A stretch of 64,000 nt of DNA from Ignavibacteriota bacterium (GTDB lineage: Bacteria; Bacteroidota; Ignavibacteria; Palsa-1295). Every line of letters begins with the position of its first letter. Position 1 is the stretch's first letter. The notes under the pieces are model-generated. The model was not told the DNA's origin. It was given only the letters and a program-made list of their open reading frames with translations, and ran no database searches. Position numbers and translations under genes: made by a program. This document shows positions 58,891 through 64,000 of this stretch, piece after piece. The stretch covers positions 768,001 through 832,000 of the forward strand of contig CAWBEI010000002.1 in NCBI GenBank assembly GCA_963787835.1, given 5' to 3'.

Positions 58891-60381
58891 ATGTCCCCCC
58901 TACAATTCGCAAAAAAGAAATTAAAAATAAACTGCTGGTCTAAGATGCAGGAAATATTTGAAGCCGTGGAATCCGGCGAAAGAAAGATCCTCATTCGTTC
59001 CTGCAATGGCGCCGGCAAAACAACGGCGCTCGCCGCGATATGTAACTGGTATTTCACCACCTATAAAGATTCCATCGTGCTCACCACGGCCTCCAGTTGG
59101 ACACAGGTCAAGCGCAACCTGTGGGGCGAGATCCGGCGTCAGGCGCGCGCGGCAAAACTGCATAAACAAAAACAGACTACACGAACCGCAACAAGCATTA
59201 CGATCTCCGACAAGCATTTTATGCTTGGCATTTCTCCACGCGAGCCGGAGAACGCCATGGGCTTTCACGCGCCGCATATTCTCATCGCGGTCGATGAAGC
59301 AACCGGCGTCTCGCGCGAGATCTTCGATGCGCTGACTGGGAATCTAAGCGGTTCGAACGCGCAGATCGTGCTCATTTGTAATCCGATCAATAAAGATTCC
59401 TACGCCTACGAAGCCGAGCGCTCCGGCCAGTGGAAGGTTATTACCATATCTGCGTTCGACCATCCCAACGTTACTGGGATCACCGATGATGGGAACGGCA
59501 ACGATGGAAAGGGCAATGAGGATATTGGCGGAGCCGTCACCCGCGCATGGATCGAGGATCGCGCAAAGTCGTGGTCCTATGAGATCAGTGTCGATTCGGC
59601 AGATCTGCATGGCGCTGTTCAAATTCCCTGGACGAACACATGGTATCGAAAAACTCCGATCCTCCAATCGCGCGTGCTCGGCGAGTGGTCGGAATTCGAT
59701 TCTATCGGTTTCATTCCCATGGAACTGATCGAGCGTTATGTTATAGATGATCCTAAGTTCCAGTTCGTCGTGGATACTCCTGCCCCAAGCGGCGCAAAAG
59801 TTCGTGCAATGGGCGTGGATGTCTCCCGTGGCGTCGGCGAAGATGCAACGGTCTATGCGTACTTCGATGTCTTCGACGATGGCCCGGATGTTCAGCTTCC
59901 GTTTAAGGAATTTTACGATGACGACCTCATGGCAACGGCCGATAGGATCCAGCGCGAGTACAACCGCTGCTTTGTCCAGGGCATCGAACTCGTCATCGCC
60001 ATTGACGATACCGGCTTAGGCGGCGGGGTCAGCGATAAACTAAAGCGCGAAGGCATTCCGTTCTATCCGGTGAACTTCAATAGCAAACCGAAAGGATTCC
60101 TTCCCGGTAAAGAGATCGCGAACGCGCGCGCGGAAATGTATTTTGTACTGAACCACGAGCTGCTGGCCGGGAAACTCCGGCTCGTCGATCATAAGAAGTT
60201 TCACCAGGAACTATCATCTATTCGGCTCGATGTCGTCAAAAGCGGCACCGCCAACAAAATGGAAGATAAGGAGCTTACCAAACGCCGCCTCGGCCGCTCA
60301 CCCGACTTTGCCGATGCTACTGCGCTTGCACGCTATGCGCTGCAACTTCACAAGTATGCGAAGAATAAGAAGTTTCTTTAA
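58891..60381 (+). CDS. terL: Phage terminase large subunit
   Basis: Walker A RSCNGAGKT, Walker B LIAVDEA, coupling motif ICNP, VLGEW; RNase H-like nuclease motifs GVDVS, IDDTGLGGG and SPDFADA. Confidence 0.88.
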   Translation: MSPLQFAKKKLKINCWSKMQEIFEAVESGERKILIRSCNGAGKTTALAAICNWYFTTYKDSIVLTTASSWTQVKRNLWGEIRRQARAAKLHKQKQTTRTATSITISDKHFMLGISPREPENAMGFHAPHILIAVDEATGVSREIFDALTGNLSGSNAQIVLICNPINKDSYAYEAERSGQWKVITISAFDHPNVTGITDDGNGNDGKGNEDIGGAVTRAWIEDRAKSWSYEISVDSADLHGAVQIPWTNTWYRKTPILQSRVLGEWSEFDSIGFIPMELIERYVIDDPKFQFVVDTPAPSGAKVRAMGVDVSRGVGEDATVYAYFDVFDDGPDVQLPFKEFYDDDLMATADRIQREYNRCFVQGIELVIAIDDTGLGGGVSDKLKREGIPFYPVNFNSKPKGFLPGKEIANARAEMYFVLNHELLAGKLRLVDHKKFHQELSSIRLDVVKSGTANKMEDKELTKRRLGRSPDFADATALARYALQLHKYAKNKKFL

Positions 60382-60382
60382 C

Positions 60383-62002
60383 TCATTTCATATTCATTAC
60401 CGGCGCCTTGAAATCCGGATCGTGTCCGATTCTGGGAACCAGCGTACGATAAATATCCGGGTAACGCGGCGATGTTGTATCAACAAGAATATCGAGATCG
60501 TAAATAGTTTGCGGCATCGTGGCGATGGGTGCGTACCCGCTCGAAAGCGCGGCAGAAGCAAGCGCAGGATAGGCCGAGCCGATGAGTCCGTGCCCGTGCC
60601 CAAGCACGCGGCGGATGGTATCGTTGGGGATGGTATCGTCCTTCGGAAGGATAAGCGGAATGATAATGATGTCCGGCTTCGACTTCATGATGAAGTGGAT
60701 CACCTCATCCGCAGAATGCGCGTGGGCGATCTCGTTCGTGTTCAGCCCCACGGGATCGATATTCAGCATATCCGAATAATACGGCAACCGCCCCGCATCT
60801 CCCCACACGATCGTTACTTCACCATGATCGGGAATGCTCTTAAACACCTTCGCCACCCGCGAATACGGATTTAATTCCTCATCCATCCGCTGAATATAGC
60901 CAAGACCACCCCTAAAATACAGCGACCAGATAATATTAACCGCAAGTAGCAGAATAATTGAAAGTCTCCATATCCATCGTTTCTGTATGGCAAATTCAAG
61001 ACCGACTGTTGCAAGAACTATCAGCAATACTTCAGTGGAATTCGTAAATCGCTGATAATCATTTTGGATGAGCTGAGAGAACAGATAAAAACTGCTCAGC
61101 AGCCAACACCACAATACTGCGATCTGTACTGTCGCATTCTTACGCCCTTTCCACGCAGCGATCAATCCAAATGCAACCAAATACCATACGCCCCCATAGA
61201 ATATCCGCATCGTGCCTCGGCCGGGGAGGAACGTCCCACCCGTGATCTGCGTAACTTTAACATAGAACGAGTTCGGCAGCAGGTTCCCGAAGTACCAGAA
61301 TTTCCATCCCGCATAGAGCGCCATCGGCAAGACGAATGCCGACACCCAATAACTAAGCACCGATATCGGCGGATGATCCTTTAGCGTTGGAGAAACTACT
61401 CCGCCCGGCTGCCGCCGTTCCTGAATCAGCGCCACAGCGAGCAGAACCATTCCCATCAGCGCGCCTTCGGGGCGCGTCAGCGCAGCGAACGTTGCAAGCA
61501 TGAATGCAAGCTCCGTTCGCTTTGTGATGAACGCCCATATTGCAACCACGAGCCACATTGTGAACAGGCTCGTCTCGAGTCCTGAGTAGGCGTTCATCCA
61601 TATATAGGGATCGAGCAGAAAAAGCGCTGGGGCAAGTAAGGCGTAACGGGTAACGGGTAACGCGTTTTGGATGATCCGATAGATCGCCACAGCCGATACC
61701 ATCACCGCGACCACCCCAATGATCTGCGAAACAAGAACAAGATCGCATCCCATCCAAACGAACGGCGTAAGCAGCAGCACGAGCAGAAAATTCGTGTAGC
61801 CCTCCGTGTGCGCACCTGCGTGATGCAGAATGCTTCCCGGATTCCACACGATGCCATACCCATGCGCCAGATTCGCCGCATACCGAAACGTGATGTACGT
61901 ATCGTCGAACGGGAACCGCATACGGATCGGCCACCAGCACGCCGCAATCAGTGCGGCTGCCAGCGCGATCAGGAATTCGGTGCGGTATTTACGCAAGAAC
62001 AT
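60383..62002 (-). CDS. GT-C membrane glycosyltransferase (arabinofuranosyltransferase-like, DD-x-YI motif)
   Basis: DDTYITFRYAANL..G.G..WN, EGYT, SGLET, TRPEG, YFGNLLPNSFYVK, DAGRLPYYS and DPVGL. Start placed at 62002. Confidence 0.8.
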   Translation of the reverse strand: MFLRKYRTEFLIALAAALIAACWWPIRMRFPFDDTYITFRYAANLAHGYGIVWNPGSILHHAGAHTEGYTNFLLVLLLTPFVWMGCDLVLVSQIIGVVAVMVSAVAIYRIIQNALPVTRYALLAPALFLLDPYIWMNAYSGLETSLFTMWLVVAIWAFITKRTELAFMLATFAALTRPEGALMGMVLLAVALIQERRQPGGVVSPTLKDHPPISVLSYWVSAFVLPMALYAGWKFWYFGNLLPNSFYVKVTQITGGTFLPGRGTMRIFYGGVWYLVAFGLIAAWKGRKNATVQIAVLWCWLLSSFYLFSQLIQNDYQRFTNSTEVLLIVLATVGLEFAIQKRWIWRLSIILLLAVNIIWSLYFRGGLGYIQRMDEELNPYSRVAKVFKSIPDHGEVTIVWGDAGRLPYYSDMLNIDPVGLNTNEIAHAHSADEVIHFIMKSKPDIIIIPLILPKDDTIPNDTIRRVLGHGHGLIGSAYPALASAALSSGYAPIATMPQTIYDLDILVDTTSPRYPDIYRTLVPRIGHDPDFKAPVMNMK

Positions 62003-62058
62003 TATACAAAAATACCACAATATTCTACCATCTTATGCAAACAGACTGTAAACGAACA

Positions 62059-62204
62059 GTCATCCTGAGCGGAGCGAGACGCAGCGATAGCGGAGTCTCG
62101 CGTAGTCGAAGGATCTCATGCAGTTCACCTCTGAGCGTAATCCCACCAGATCCTTCGACTCCGTTTTTCTCTCCTTCGTCGAGAAAAACTCCGCTCAGGA
62201 TGAC
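62059..62204. repeat. ~146-bp palindromic dispersed element, copy 2
   Basis: Same ends and arms as 46402-46549 with a different central loop. Confidence 0.9.
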
Positions 62205-62226
62205 ATCCACTTAAATTAATTTACCT

Positions 62227-63531
62227 ATGAACCTAACATTTGGAAAATATTCCATACAGCTAAAACGCGGCAGCGTATCTGAAACTGCGGCTCGCGGCAC
62301 AGCAGAGCAAGTGGCCGCAAGCGCAGGCGGACTCCTGCCCTGGCCTCCCGGCGGCGTACCGATGGTCTATCCCTCCGGCAATTTCGGAAGGGAAAATGTC
62401 ACGGAAAATCTGCGGCATATCCGCGAGACGGTTGCGGCGTGTATGCATGCCCACAGCGAGGCCATCGGACGCGGGAAGTTCCATGCTGTCGTCGGGGCCA
62501 CCACCCCCCAGCCCCCTCCTACTTCGCTTCGCTCCGCAGGAGGGGGAGTTCCACTTCCTTCCGATCATCCCCTACAAAAACTGCTCCGCCGTCCCAACCC
62601 CATCTTCGACATGAGCGATCTGCTGGAACTCTCCAGCCAGTGGCTCGATGCGACGGGCAATGCGATCTGGCTGAAAGTGCGGGATGGGAACGGAGTGGTC
62701 GTCGAGCTGTGGCCGGCGAGCGTGCTTTCGTTTCTTATCGAGCGCGGCGCGGATGGATTGCCGGAGACGTACCGTTTCCTTCCCTCAAATGCGCTCATCC
62801 CCGCAAGCGACGTCATCCATATTCGCCGTCCGGATATTCGTATGAGTCCCTTCTTCGGACATGGTTTGATCTCCGATATTCTCGATACCGCTAAGGCCGA
62901 AACTGCCGTGCGCCTCTTTCAATCTCGCTTTTTCGAGAACGATGCTACGCCGCGAGCCGTCCTGCGCTGGCCGCCGGGCGCGCTTATTACGCAGGATGAG
63001 ATGGACCGCCTGCGAATTGCTTGGGAAGCAAAATATGCTTCGCCCAGCAATGCCGGACGCATTGGCATTCTTCCCGATGGCGGCGAAGTGCAGTTACTCG
63101 GCACGGGTGGGAAGGAACTCGATTTCGAGAAATCGAAAAGCGAGTTGCGAGATGCCATTCGCGAAGCCTTCCGCGTGCCGAAGATCGTTTTTGGCGATAC
63201 CGAGCAGGTCAATCTTGCAAATGCGGACACAAGCTATATGGTATTCCTGCGCGATGTCGTGGATCACGCGCTGGAAAAGCATGCACAGGCATTCACCCGC
63301 GCATTGGCCTCCGAGTTCGATGCGCCCGAGCGTTCCTCCGACACCGGACGTTTCGTTCCACGCGGCGAACTTATCATCGAGCACGAATCGCTCCTGCCCG
63401 AATCCGAAGACATCTTCATGGAGCGCGTCAATGCCCTCAAGCAATCCATGACAATCGATGAACAGCGCGCGCTTATCGGGCTGGGGCCATTGCCGAATAA
63501 TGCAGGGGCTGTGCTTGCATTACATCCGTAG
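62227..63531 (+). CDS. Phage portal protein (HK97-like family)
   Basis: HPLQKLLRRPNP, GNAIW, ELWP, DVIHIR, FFENDATP, NAGRI, AFRVP and MTIDEQRALIGLGPL. Confidence 0.9.
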   Translation: MNLTFGKYSIQLKRGSVSETAARGTAEQVAASAGGLLPWPPGGVPMVYPSGNFGRENVTENLRHIRETVAACMHAHSEAIGRGKFHAVVGATTPQPPPTSLRSAGGGVPLPSDHPLQKLLRRPNPIFDMSDLLELSSQWLDATGNAIWLKVRDGNGVVVELWPASVLSFLIERGADGLPETYRFLPSNALIPASDVIHIRRPDIRMSPFFGHGLISDILDTAKAETAVRLFQSRFFENDATPRAVLRWPPGALITQDEMDRLRIAWEAKYASPSNAGRIGILPDGGEVQLLGTGGKELDFEKSKSELRDAIREAFRVPKIVFGDTEQVNLANADTSYMVFLRDVVDHALEKHAQAFTRALASEFDAPERSSDTGRFVPRGELIIEHESLLPESEDIFMERVNALKQSMTIDEQRALIGLGPLPNNAGAVLALHP

Positions 63532-63551
63532 GGACGTGCTGCGCACGTCCA
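63528..63551 (+). repeat. GTAG-type REP overlapping the portal stop codon
   Basis: gtagggacgtgctgcgcacgtcca. Confidence 0.85.
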
Positions 63552-63566
63552 GCACTTTCGAAAGGG

Positions 63567-63959
63567 TCAATCAAATTTCCAATCTCCATTCTCTTTGTGC
63601 AGCCTCTGCAAAGCTACCCTGCGACCTGGAGCAAAATCAGCTAATGAATCCGTCCCAATAAGCCTTACGTGAAAGAGAACTATTGCAGAATCGCCGTAGA
63701 TTGAGTCGGATACAATATGAACTTCGGTGTGCCGGCCTTTCATTTTCACATAAAAGTTGTGCATCGCGTTTGGGTAGATCCGATCAAATTCCAAGCCGCG
63801 CCTTGAGATAAGCTTTTTATATCCCACTGTGTCGCCCACGTCTGCAAGATAATAGGACCGAATGATTACTTGACCAGGCGTGAGCGGATCTGTGTCGCGA
63901 TTGCAACTGCAAAGTGCGCAAACGATTAATGCTGAAAGGCTCATAAGGTAATTTCTCAT
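63567..63959 (-). CDS. Small lipoprotein (NTF2/DUF4878-like)
   Basis: Lipobox LCSC; GDSAIV and C-terminal LHKENGDWK. Confidence 0.65.
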   Translation of the reverse strand: MRNYLMSLSALIVCALCSCNRDTDPLTPGQVIIRSYYLADVGDTVGYKKLISRRGLEFDRIYPNAMHNFYVKMKGRHTEVHIVSDSIYGDSAIVLFHVRLIGTDSLADFAPGRRVALQRLHKENGDWKFD

Positions 63960-64000
63960 CTGCTTTAACTATTAGATTATCTATATTGTCAAATCTGGGT

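Overview
Bacterial chromosomal window of roughly balanced GC. Several proteins with C-terminal T9SS-type sorting domains and a TAnnTTTG promoter element suggest an FCB-group organism (Kapabacteria/Ignavibacteria/Bacteroidota-like; inference). From left to right: (1) a minus-strand operon of more than 16 kb with seven GT-C-type membrane glycosyltransferases in three paralog families, two polyprenol-phosphate GT2 enzymes (one fused to a WecD-like GNAT), dTDP-glucose 4,6-dehydratase, a methyltransferase, TerC and a rhomboid-like protein; (2) secreted proteins, including a Nal1-like trypsin protease followed by a free-standing copy of its N-terminal domain; (3) a phosphate locus (pstS-pstC-pstA, porin, RND pump with a frameshifted adaptor, second pstS, no pstB) with 11-bp-periodic Pho-box-like repeats; (4) a subtilase, fused 2-oxoacid dehydrogenase E1, acyl-CoA metabolism genes, a VapBC-like pair and glycogen phosphorylase; (5) an accessory region with duplicated T9SS cargo genes, a repeat-flanked MFS exporter, HEPN-like and TIR-domain genes, and a phage terminase large subunit and portal gene interleaved with host-type genes and carrying host repeat elements, a candidate domesticated (GTA-like) packaging module. 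Several families of palindromic and heptameric repeats occur throughout, many of them in frame inside proteins or supplying stop codons. No rRNA, tRNA, CRISPR array, integrase or transposase was recognised. All family calls are from motif recognition by eye, not database searches.
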